Of a DNA stretch of 64,000 nucleotides, positions 11,431 through 22,182 are shown piece after piece; position 1 is the stretch's first letter; every line of letters starts with the position of its first letter. Source of the stretch: Flectonema sp. DT1601 (Eukaryota); assembly GCA_964019425.1 (NCBI GenBank), contig OZ025788.1:1116001-1180000 (forward strand). The letters are read 5' to 3'. Below the pieces are notes generated by a model. The model did no database searches and was not told the DNA's origin. It was given only the letters and a program-made list of their open reading frames with translations. The position numbers and the translations under genes are program-made.

Positions 11431-11575
11431 TATGTCTCAAAACATAAAGGACATTTGGCTACTAAAGTTTTATCCCCATCCAGAGCCGATCTCGAAATAG
11501 CCTCTTGTAGAGCCTCGGGGGCTGGGTTGGCTGAGAGATGGTTGCCAGTATCTTTATGACACCGCCGGCCCGGTG
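11429..11575 (-). pseudogene. More N-terminal fragment of the same ORF (..LDGDKTLVAKCPLCFETY)
   Basis: CPLCFETY joined to KGPVAHFRRNC at 10845 reconstitutes a zinc finger. Confidence 0.6.
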
Positions 11576-11790
11576 TTTCTTTTTTTTTTTTTGTTGTGAA
11601 GTAGCAATAAAAAAAAAAAAAAAAATAGAAAAGAGAATGGCTCAGAAACAATATCGATGAGTTAAGATCTTTTTTTTTAAACTATTCCTTTTTTTTTAAT
11701 TTCGGGCAGCTAACCCTAGAGTTTTTTTTTGGTAAATACTGTTTAAAGGAAAACGAGCTACGCTCTAAACAGAAAAATCGGAGTAACTAC

Positions 11791-13703
11791 TTGAGTTGAA
11801 TTACCAGGTGAGATTTGGACAGTTAGCTTTTGGCTAAGGCCCTCCCTGAAGAGCAAGAACAGAAAAACTACTCACACCTGAAGAAAACATACACAAAGAA
11901 CACACTGTAAGCTGTGTGTGTATTTTGTGTTTGTCACAACAGGAGAGAAAAGAAAGAATGTCAAGGTTGGTCACCTTGCCTATCAACGCACAACATTGGT
12001 GGTCTCTACTAGACCCTGAGTGATCCCACTGGATCTCTCATCGTTCATAGTACCCTGTGTGAAGTTATAAAATCAAAGGTAAACTATGAACTACAAATGA
12101 CTTAGGAGTGAATAAATCAACAGGGGGGATAGGGGCTGGATCCTTTTGGGATCGGCCCTCCCTTCACTTCCGCTCTCCAACGGGGGGTCGCATCCCAGCC
12201 AATCGTCAGCGAAGAAAAGATTGCAAGGCATCGGCAAGCAGGCACAAAGAAACACTTAAGAGGGTAATAGTACAAACCTGTTTATTTTGTTTTTTTTAGG
12301 CGATTAACTATGCCAGATGCCAAGCAAACCAAGCGAGTGACGATCAGCTTCCTTCAGAGGTGGAGGAGCAGCGGCAGTGTGGCAAACCTCCTCCTTCATC
12401 TGCATCCATGCTCCAGTGCAGGTGAGCCACTCTCTTCATCAAGTTGATGCTATCGCCTGTAACTGATGCATGTGACGTTATAGTCTGCAACAGCTGCAGC
12501 GGCGACTTAGCCGACAACGTACAAGTGCGGTGCGACGGCCTCAAGAGCGCGATAGCACCCAGTGACAGCACCCATAAGCACCGAAACATTCCTGCATCAG
12601 GAATGAGGTTCCTGTTATTTGCCTGTGTAAACGAGAGGTAGAGTGTAAAAACGGTGGAAGGTTTAGTGTCAACTTCCAAGACATCTTTTGGGACATAACA
12701 AAAACAACAATAATAACAATAACAATAATAGCTGCATCAGAAAAACCTCTTTATAAAACACAATACAATGACTTGCACCAGCTGAGAGTTATTATAATGC
12801 CACAGGCAGGCCCTGCATTCAGCAACTATCCAGCAGTGCTTGGATGTCCTGATCTTCTTCTAAAAAAAAGAAAGAAAAACAAAACTGTAGCTGGGATCAC
12901 TCAGGATCAACAGACTACCAATGCTACCTGTTGTACTTGCTCACTATGGGGGGTGATGCCAAACACCCAGAAGTACTAAACTGCTTTCCTTCTTGCTGCC
13001 CAGGAGTTTCTGACCAGAACTAATAGAAAATAAAAAGTAGATGGGAAACAATAAAAAGTAAAATGGATATAACTGAAGTTAAACAAGACAAATGAAGTAA
13101 CAGACCAGAACAGAAAGAGGATTGTAATAGAAGATTACAAATAAAAAAATGCAAGTATCAACACATAATCAAGATACACCAGCAGCTAACAAACAACATA
13201 AAATTGAAGATCAGTTGCCAGAGTATTTCAACCATGGTAGAATACTCGCCCCTCTGGCAGGGATTATCCCAGACTTGTCCTTTAATTTAGTTGGACACCA
13301 TGGATTTTTTTTTTTTTAGGGCACACCCGGGTACGAACCAGGGACCATTCGGATGTATAATATATATTTTGATAAATAATGTGGTTGGCAAATGAATGCC
13401 GAAGAGGCAACTTGAGAAAAGCAATTGGATGAGAAGAAACATTGGGTCTTATAAAGCAAAGGAGATAGAGGGGCCTAAAAAGACCGCAGAGTGGATAGCT
13501 CCACAAGAGGCTGTTTTCGAAAAGGTGGGAAGTAACGGACGTAGTAAAAGATAACAAATAAAAAAAAAAATGCAAGTATCAACACATGATCAGGATACAC
13601 CAGCAGCTAACAAAGAAAAATGCTAAGAGGAACCCCTTATTAACACCTAAGACATCTAAACTGCAGCCCAGCTTATGCCCAATGCACTAACAGGTCATTC
13701 CCT
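11791..13703 (-). repeat. Inverted copies of modules Z, W and V with unique intervening segments
   Basis: See 8203-9202; also a variant 3'-UTR junction ttcgaaaaggtgggaagtaacggac at ~13516-13540 matching 1109-1133 inverted. Confidence 0.8.
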
Positions 13704-14437
13704 CCAATAATGTCACACAGTCATGTGGCAAGCTGAATAAGAAATTTGGGAGAGGAATAGGGGCAGTGAACTTTTGATTCAGGCCCTTCCTATCGAACAG
13801 GACGAAGACTTCTAAAACCTGAGATGAACCAATTGAGTTGAAACAAACAAATAACAGAGACGCAACACATACCGGAACATCATCGCAAGCAATGCTTCGG
13901 ACCTCCGTCGACCCGTTCTTCCGGCGGCAAAGGGAAACAAGAAAGAACGGGCAATGAGACAAACCTGTTAGTTGGTGTTGTGTTGTTGTTAAAAACAAAA
14001 CATAAACGCCAGGAAGTTCGACAACGAAGACATCGACATCGATCGCTGCTCTGCAGATGTCCGGCGGGTGTTTGTCTACACTGTGTTTATTGTTTGTTTT
14101 TTTCCCAAGGTTCAACCTTGGGAAGAGAAGTAAAAAATTCCGTCAATGTTGGCCTTCCTGTTCGAAGGTGCGCACCAATGACGATAAATAGAGTGGGGGG
14201 AGAAAACCTTTGATCCAACTGGATCCCTTCACGAGCTGACATTGCCATGTGAAGTTAAATATTCTGGCGATGCCAGCTCAGGCGACTTAGCCTGCTTTTT
14301 TCTTTAAATAAAAAAAATAAAAAGATACCAACAGGTGGGGTGATGGGTTGCGCCACTGCAATCCAGTCACAAAAAGAAACAAAGGTAATCTCAAGGGTTC
14401 TCGACCTTGGCTCTTCCTGCGCAAGCATCGCATGGAG

Positions 14438-14615
14438 GGTGACGCTAAGCACCCGGGGGGTACGAAACAAACTTTCCCCCTGCTGTCCTGGTTGAAAAAA
14501 AAAAAGAAAAAAAAAAAAAAGGGATAGAAGTAAACAGAATACATTACACCTCAACAGGTGACGCTAAACACCCAGGGGATACAAACCAAACTTTCCCCCT
14601 GTTGCCCTGTTTGAA
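14438..14615 (+). repeat. Imperfect ~60-bp direct repeat pair
   Basis: ggtgacgctaa(g/a)caccc..caaactttccccctg at ~14438 and ~14557. Confidence 0.75.
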
Positions 14616-14670
14616 ATAAATTAAAAAAAGAACAAGAAAACAGAATACAATACTCAGCAATCAGACTCGT

Positions 14671-15113
14671 TCACTCGCTTCGCCAGAGCCGTTCGAGCCA
14701 TATACCATCGTCAGTAGAAATGTTACTGAATGATGACTGCTCCTTTTGCCAGTTTCCAACTAAGTTTTCTACATCCCCACAACCTTCTTTCTTAGCTGAG
14801 TGACTAAGATGTCGAAAGTGAGAGAGATTCCCCCTGTACACTGTGACTGAATGATAGGGATTTGATGCCAAATCAGCATCAGAGGGTGGAAATCGAAGGA
14901 TAGTGGCAGGATCTTGGCGATACATGATACCAACATGCCTGTTATCACCTGATCCTCGGGCTACTTGCACATAGCCTCTCCATTCCGCTATCTTCTTCAC
15001 TGCCTCTTTCTTGAATCGCAGAACGATTCGATCATCGACTTGCAAGTCACATGCAAGTCGCATGCAAGTTGCTGCAGCTCAGCAGCCTCAAGCGGAGTTT
15101 CAAGAGCATTCAT
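14671..15113 (-). pseudogene. Frameshifted hypothetical ORF (MNALETPLEAAELQQLACDLQVDDRIVLRF..)
   Basis: tgcaagt recurs with 11-nt period at 15041-15069; removing one unit gives a 144-codon frame; GT-AG intron-like segments upstream (15131-15171, ~15212-15270). Confidence 0.5.
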
Positions 15114-15599
15114 TGTAGGAAGGGTTGGATCTGAAAGGAGAAAAAAAACACATTGCAACAGGTTAAGTTACTGTAGTTTGACAGGGAACTTTGTAAGACA
15201 TTATTTGAGAACCTGGGGGGGGTAAATTAAGGAGGGAAATTTGGATTTATGCAGTTTTGACACCTCTTACCTTATATCCTTGCTCTGTTCACAGATTTAG
15301 CTGCTAATATACCAAAAGACCCCAAAAAAACCCAAACAAGACTGGTTACTAGCTTTTTTAATTAAATTTTTTTTTTTTTACTCCCCTTCAAGTAATTTTT
15401 TTTTTTTTTTTTTTTACATTCTGAGAGAATAATTTTTTTTTCAAAAAATTCAAAAAAAAATGCTTTCAAGCTCCACAGTGCCAGTTTCTCAATTTTCCAC
15501 TGCTTTATTTTCAACAACTTTCCATTTTTTTTCTAAAAAAATTCAAAAAAAATACCAAAAATGTCTAAAAATGAGGTATTTTTTGTTTGAAATTTTTTT

Positions 15600-15685
15600 T
15601 TCAAAAAAGCTAAAAAAAGCTTAAAAAAAGCTAAAAAAAGCTAAATAGCTTTAGCTTAGCTCTAAAAAGCTTAGCTTTAGCTTTT
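15600..15685. repeat. Short aaaaaagct / ttagct repeats, possibly subterminal transposon repeats
   Basis: Visible tandem motif directly upstream of the transposase-like ORF. Confidence 0.55.
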
Positions 15686-15729
15686 TGCACAAGTATGACA
15701 TGGCTCTAACGGTGTAACTTCGCGATTCC

Positions 15730-17250
15730 TTGCCAGCAGAGATCTTGCTGTATGTGACTAGCAGATCAAAGCTGTTAGATGTATTGGGTGGTATGGGACT
15801 AGAAGTTGAAGATGACTTGGAGGTTAGGGCTCGTGTTGCTGGCACGGATGGCATGCTGATCTGGTGCGATGAGAAGATTGGTGAGGTTGACGGTGTATCG
15901 CAATACACTGTTGCTGGGACCCTGCATCTCCGCCCACAGCCGCCAAGTACAGTTGTCCCGATCCTCTTGCATCACATCGCCATGCGCCGCATTCCGCAGT
16001 TTACCCGCCAGCTTCATGGTCTTGACTCCGTCAGTTATTGGGCTGCACGAAGAGAGATGATCCGGTGGTTGTATGTGCAGGATTGTGTGTTTCTCATTCG
16101 CAACCGGGAGAGTACCTTCTGCCTAGTAAGTGACGCAACATCTGTGACAGAAAACTCGTCAGCGCTACACATCACTGCTGCTACAGCTACGACTGCATGC
16201 TATAGTCTTGCATGCAGACTGACACAGAGCCACCAAGCTCAATCATTCTGTGACACACTACGACGTGCGCTGCACCACTTCCAGCAGCTCGGAATCTTAA
16301 TCACTGATCCGGCACCACCACCTCTGTCAACTTGCATGATTACCTCTGCGCTCAGTGATCGGGGTGGATCAGAATACAGGGGGTTTAAATTATTTGACCA
16401 AGATGGCAATATCTGCCTCATCCCGGAGCCTACACACCGAGTTCATTGCATTGCCTCCTGGATTGCGAAGTACTTTGGCCTCAGTGACTTCCTCCGTTCA
16501 ATAGTAACGCTGTGCTTCTTCATACGTGGGAATCGGTCGTTTGCTTACTGGCTTCGCAAGAAGCACCGCATCTCTTTTAGGGCGTGCCCATTTAAAGAGA
16601 AGGTTACGAATGGGCGCTTCGGAAGCTTAGCATTTGCATGCTATGTGTTATCATGCCCGCTTCGAGGTATTCCATTCCTCAGGTGGGTTCTCACATTCTT
16701 GCAGCGCAACAAGCGCCTCATCAAGTACTCTCATCGTCGCAGGCGGGCATACGCTTACCTGATGTCTCTCAGTAACGAGGAAATGGGCAACATCATGGAG
16801 TTCATGTGTGCACAATATAGTATTGTGAATGGTGTGCTCAGACGTCTCATCTCATTCTCCCGGAGCATCGCACTCCGCGGCAACTTCTCCAGTTTTGGGC
16901 AGAGGTTGCACGTGACATGTCAGAGGCAGCCACAATTGACATCTCATATTTGCTGAATGATCATGGTCGGGTTGTTCGCGATATCTGGCTTACAGAACCA
17001 GCATTCACATTGTCTGAGGAGTTCACCCCTGATGGTTGTTTCGTTTATACTATGATGAAAACACACAGTTCTATCGAAAAGCCACGACACAATGATTACA
17101 CTCACTTGTTTCTACCCCAATGAATTACCTCTCATTGTCTCTCAAGCAATATCAATATGGGTTGTCAGGCTGTCTCCTGGCAGAGATGGGAGGAGTAATG
17201 GAAAGACACCACAGAACAGAACAGAACAGTCTGAACGAGAATGAGCCCCC
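15730..17250 (+). pseudogene. Divergent hAT-like DDE transposase, disrupted
   Basis: FCLVSDATS (first D), ITSALSDRGGSE (second D), EPTHRVH, NGRFGS in hAT order; frameshift near 16920-16956; later stops; possible SER motif near 17230. Confidence 0.55.
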
Positions 17251-18789
17251 TCAGTGATTAAACCCACCGCACACGCTATGCGCCGGTCCAAAGTCCGGAA
17301 CCTCACCACAAGCGATGGTAAGGAAGGGTGATGGGTCACTGGGCACAAGCGATGCCCATTTAGTTGTCAAAGAGACATGTATGGCAAACTGAACAGGTTT
17401 GACATCGCACAGCACGCCAGCACCAACGGTACCATCTGGATATCACTCACTTTTTTCACTAGAATTCACACATTTTCACACATTTTCACAGGATTTCACT
17501 ACCGGAAAGCAGCAAAAAATTAAGTGAAAAATCGTGAAAAATCGTGAATTTTCGTGTAGCAAAGTGAAAAATCGTGAACACCTCCACCCTGCCGATCGCC
17601 TCAGTACAATAAAGACTCCGGTTTTTCCAAGGAACTAATGCTGCATATTCGGTCCTGTTGACTGGACTTTGTGCTGAGTACTAAATCTATTATGGCTTCG
17701 GACCATGTTATGGCACCCGGCCACAGCACTTGATGCATGTGACGGAAATTTAATCTATTGTGAGGTGGAGTCCAGTAACGCAGGGGAAGCTGGTTTCGTT
17801 CAGACAGTGTGTGGTTTGTGCAGTCTGTCAGATTGTACTGTCAGGTGCAGTGGCGAATTCTGAACAGTGTCTGTATGGCATCTACTTTACGAAGGGTATT
17901 ATAGCATGCCAAACTCTGTAAAGCATGACTTGATGATGATAGGCAGCCAAAATTCTCTACCAACGGAGAATACACTGTGAAACAAGTCCCCAATCTGGTC
18001 CGTTGGCTGTTGGGCCTTGGTCAACAGTAGTCTGCAAACTCAACTCAAGACACATTTGTGGTGGTATGGTGATGATGTGGAAATGAGTTGATCTGAAGCT
18101 CTGAACAATCACTGTCTCTTCCTAAAAAAGTGTTCTTGCTCAAGCTGCTTAAGAAGACTATTATCCTTGGAGCCATTTGCACAAGGGTCTCACTGTTAGA
18201 CTTGATTTTTTCGTCCTAGATATCTTCCCCCCCGATTTTGATAGATTTCCCCTCTTTTCCCGTGTTTTTAATTTGTTACAAAAACACCATGACTTACATC
18301 AGTTGCGAATTCACAACATTCTCTTACTCTATGTGAAAGAAAAAAAGGGATCCACCAGAAAGAGATTCCATTTAAATCACATAAAATACTTGAGCAATTT
18401 CTCGTATTTTTTGAAGTGATCTGGTGTGAAGCTTCGTGCAATCTCAGTTATGGACAGAAGCATGATATCCAAAAGTTACATGTCAGAAATTATCGAGAAT
18501 ACATTCCTTCACGGTTGGACTGTCACGAAACCAAACTTACTATGGCTCTCAGACTTACAACACCAGTTGAGTCTATTCTCCGATAGTGATAAGTTTAAAC
18601 CCATATTATGAGATCATCTGCAGACAACGTTCATTCGAAGTTCACCGCTCAATAGAAATAAGACAGATTCATCTCATTCTTGGAGTTACATTGCACCAAT
18701 TGTACTGATTTCCTTGGAATTGTGATCAACATCGCAAATTAAATCTTGCCTTGCTTGAAATTCTGGGTGAAGGTTGTTCTTTTAAGTTT

Positions 18790-18958
18790 ACACCTTCTCG
18801 GCTTTTTGATTAAGATGAATTGTAGTATCTGTTCTTATTAGTTTAATATCTGATTCGACACCTTGTGTGTCAGCATTATAGTAATTCCTTGTTGGGGTGT
18901 CAGGTAACTCAGGTCTGACAAGTGTAGCTACACCATCCAGGAGTGGCATACCCATTTT
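18790..18958 (+). ncRNA. U2: U2 snRNA, divergent copy or pseudogene
   Basis: acaccttctcggctttttgattaagatgaattGTAGTAtctgttcttattagtttaatatctgat matches the conserved U2 5' region including the branch-point recognition sequence; downstream hairpins gacac/gtgtc and tgtcagg/tctgaca; ends in a T-run. Confidence 0.85.
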
Positions 18959-19036
18959 TAATCAAAGAAGCATGTAATTTATAATACCAAATTTGTTGCT
19001 GACAAACCAATTTTACACCTCAGAGAAACAACTACA

Positions 19037-20491
19037 ATGATATCACTCCGTCCAGGGGTGACGCAGGTGTCAAGGTCAGTGGGCACCCAAAGGAGGTCAT
19101 ACTACGAACGTTCAGCCATGGCTGTAAGAAAGATCCCTGAGTGGAAGCGAAGAGGAGCTGAGGGCGTGAAGGGTAAACTTTTAGTACCTGGACCGGCATA
19201 TGAGCGGGTTAAAATAAGAAAAGATGATCAAATAGATTGGAAGGAAACAGGTGAAGCGGATCGCGGTAAGAAGGTACTTGTACTTGTGAAGGAAGTAACG
19301 GGATACCCAGAAAACGTTATTGTTCCTCTTTTTAAGAGAAATTTGATAAAATTTTGTTCAAATAAGGGTCGGTGGTCACAAAACGCCCCAGCTCTGAAAG
19401 AAGTAGAACCTGGCGACATCATTGGCATTCCGAAAATGCTTCCGGAATACCTTTGGAAGAGGTTACAGGAAGACACTGCTCCATCTTACGCTCCGTCACT
19501 GGATGAAGTCAAATTAGTTCGATCCTGGGTAGTGTTCAAAAATGAAGATTGTATAGTGCTAAATAAACCCCCTGGTGTTCCCTGTGCACGTATGTAATTT
19601 TTTTTTTTTTTTTTTTTTTTTTTTGCATCCACATTCTGCACGACCAACACACCTAACAATACAGCGTGCAGAGGTTCTGGTTTATCAATACACGACTTGC
19701 TAGAAGGACTAAAGTACTCTATGAATGAAAAACCTTCCTTCATGAATAAACTTGAGAAGGACATGAGTGGTGTTATCGTATTGGCAAGATCGCCATCGGC
19801 GAGGAGGCATTTAAAGAAATATCTGAGGGTACCCAGAGTTCCTTCATTCTGCTTCTGGGCTGCTGTGAGTAGTAAACCAAAAATTAGACGAGGAAGAGTG
19901 GAGATGAACTTGGAAATGGAATCCGGTGCTGCAGGTGATCGAGTTGTTGTTCGTCTACAACCAACACCATCATCTCACCAAGCAAGATTGGAATACAGTA
20001 CCGTGTCAGAGACTACGGGTTTAAAAGTAACCCCCAGCTGGGTTTCATTTTATCCACTTTCTGGTAAACGAAACGAAATTCGAATTGCTTCTTCGATGGT
20101 TCTTCACACACCGATATTAGGTGATGTAAAGTATGTTATTTTGTTATTAATTAATTCCGTCTTAACATTTATAAGAATATAATAAAAATAATTCAGGTAT
20201 GGAGGTGACGCTGCTCTTCCTTCTAAGCAACTGGCATTGCTTACTGGGCGATCAAAACATCAGTTGCCTCTGATGCTTCATTGTGCACAGGTATCCCTGC
20301 CATATGAGGATAAAAAAGGACAGAGGATTGTTGTTCAAGTACCACTGCCTCCACACATGAAATCCTTCTGGAACGTTATGTCTTGGGATCCCAACTACTG
20401 TGATCCATACCTCTTTGGTATTGACGCAAGGGATGATAAGGTTATGCCTGCGTTTGACGCACACAATGACAAATACATGTATGCTACTTAG
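19037..20491 (+). CDS. RluA-family pseudouridine synthase-like protein, probably mitochondrial; 3 exons (introns 19590-19664, 20131-20196)
   Basis: IVLNKPPG, NKLEKDMSG, SGKRNEIR, PILGDVKYG, LMLHC motifs; GTATG..CAG introns keep the frame. Confidence 0.88.
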
Positions 20492-20652
20492 CACTTATTC
20501 GTGATTGATGAAATCACTACAGCTTGTAGTTGGCGCTACTACAGCGTGGCATCAGAAAGCAATTCGATAGATCTCTCTGTTATTTTATTTTTCACTGTCA
20601 GTACTCAGGAGTCAACGGTGGCAACCAATTCCATGTAAAAAAAATGAAATAA

Positions 20653-21921
20653 ATGTCTGGAGTATTAAATGAAGCAAGGAAAGCCGCTACTCGATTCCGA
20701 GAGCGACATAATGCAGTACGACGGGAAACCTATAAGGGTGGAAAATTATTTAGGAACATGGTTGATGAGGTAATAAGAAGGGATCATCCGATAGAAGTTG
20801 TTAGAGAATGTCTGAAACTTATGTCATCTGTTGGAAGTGGAGAAGCCACAATGCGGGTGCTGCAATCGTTAAAGGAAAGAAAATCAAAGATCGATGAGAA
20901 TACTAGATTTCATCTTCTGAGATCTGCTGTTCCGTCAAAAAAAAAAATCACACTCAAAGAATCATTTCCATTCTGTCAAGTTTGGGAAACTGTAAAAAAT
21001 GATGGGTTGCTTCCGATAAACGCTTATGAAATTCAGGCAGATGTTCAAATCAGAATAGGAAGGTTCGATCTGGCGATGGAAACTTTTAATAAAAATAATC
21101 GCCCAAAAGGCTTATATCCCTTAATGATGAGAGAGACACAGAATCTCACTCTTGCATGGGGGCTATATGACGAGATGACTAAAAATAAAATGAAGGTAAA
21201 AATAATTCACCTCCATGCTCTTATGCGTCCATCAAAGATTTATGAACGCAACATTGGGGTTATTGGATTTATCGATGAACGATTGAGAGAGATCCAGTTT
21301 AAAAACCGATCGAACATCTCAAAAATTCTTCAAAAAATGCATGAGCACGACATCCATCCAACGCAGTTTACTTTCCAAGAGATTATCTCAACTGCTGGTA
21401 ACACATTTGATTTGGGTTTGATGAGATGGGCAGTTGATAAGTTTAGAATTCTTTTTCAACTAGATCTTGAATCGTACTGCAGTCTTATCCGCATGTGCTC
21501 AGAAATGGTCTCAAAACCCAATGATGAGGTAGAGCTACAAGCTGAAAAATGGTATCAAATGGCCATCAGTGATGGTTATCAACATCCAAAACTATCAAAT
21601 TTCCTCATTCATGTTTACACGGCCTCTGGTAACACTCACAAGAATGATGAATTTAAAAAGTTGTTTCTTAAAGATGGGAGTGTGAAGATAATTCCTGTTG
21701 TTGGAGTTAAATCTCATATTCCTCTTGTGGTTTGTTCTTCAATGATTGGATCAAATATTTGTAATAGTCCATTTTACTGGTCAGATCCATCAGAAGAAGA
21801 GGATTTCAAAGTTCTCTTCAACACTCAATTGATAACAAAGAATTTAATAATGCATGATGAAGACATGAATGACATTACAGATGCTGTTGATGTTAAAAAA
21901 ATGAGGAGAGCGAAGCATTAA
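20653..21921 (+). CDS. PPR-like helical repeat protein
   Basis: 422-aa ORF with segments such as KMHEHDIHPTQFTFQEII, SYCSLIRMC and NFLIHVY. Confidence 0.55.
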   Translation: MSGVLNEARKAATRFRERHNAVRRETYKGGKLFRNMVDEVIRRDHPIEVVRECLKLMSSVGSGEATMRVLQSLKERKSKIDENTRFHLLRSAVPSKKKITLKESFPFCQVWETVKNDGLLPINAYEIQADVQIRIGRFDLAMETFNKNNRPKGLYPLMMRETQNLTLAWGLYDEMTKNKMKVKIIHLHALMRPSKIYERNIGVIGFIDERLREIQFKNRSNISKILQKMHEHDIHPTQFTFQEIISTAGNTFDLGLMRWAVDKFRILFQLDLESYCSLIRMCSEMVSKPNDEVELQAEKWYQMAISDGYQHPKLSNFLIHVYTASGNTHKNDEFKKLFLKDGSVKIIPVVGVKSHIPLVVCSSMIGSNICNSPFYWSDPSEEEDFKVLFNTQLITKNLIMHDEDMNDITDAVDVKKMRRAKH

Positions 21922-22182
21922 AGCATGTTTTAGCAATCATTTTTTTTTCCTCTTCTTTTTTTTTCTTTCTCTTTTTTGTGATTACATACTTGTATTTGAG
22001 AGGAAATTTCAAAATTTCCTTTTTTCCCCCTTTATTTTCCAATTAACAAAATAAGGGGGAAATATTGATATTAATCTCTGCTGAGATTCTACAACTGCGT
22101 AATGACAAAATCTATTGTTGTTTGTTTTTTGTATGATTTTTTTTTCCTCCTTTTTTGAAAACCAGAATCCAAAAATCGCAGT

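Noticed and set aside
12300..14280. Possible RT fragments in the unique segments
   Set aside because: No YADD or QGDPLS motif found; frames are short.
17580..18780. Coding-like sequence upstream of U2
   Set aside because: Many stops in all frames examined and no recognisable domain.
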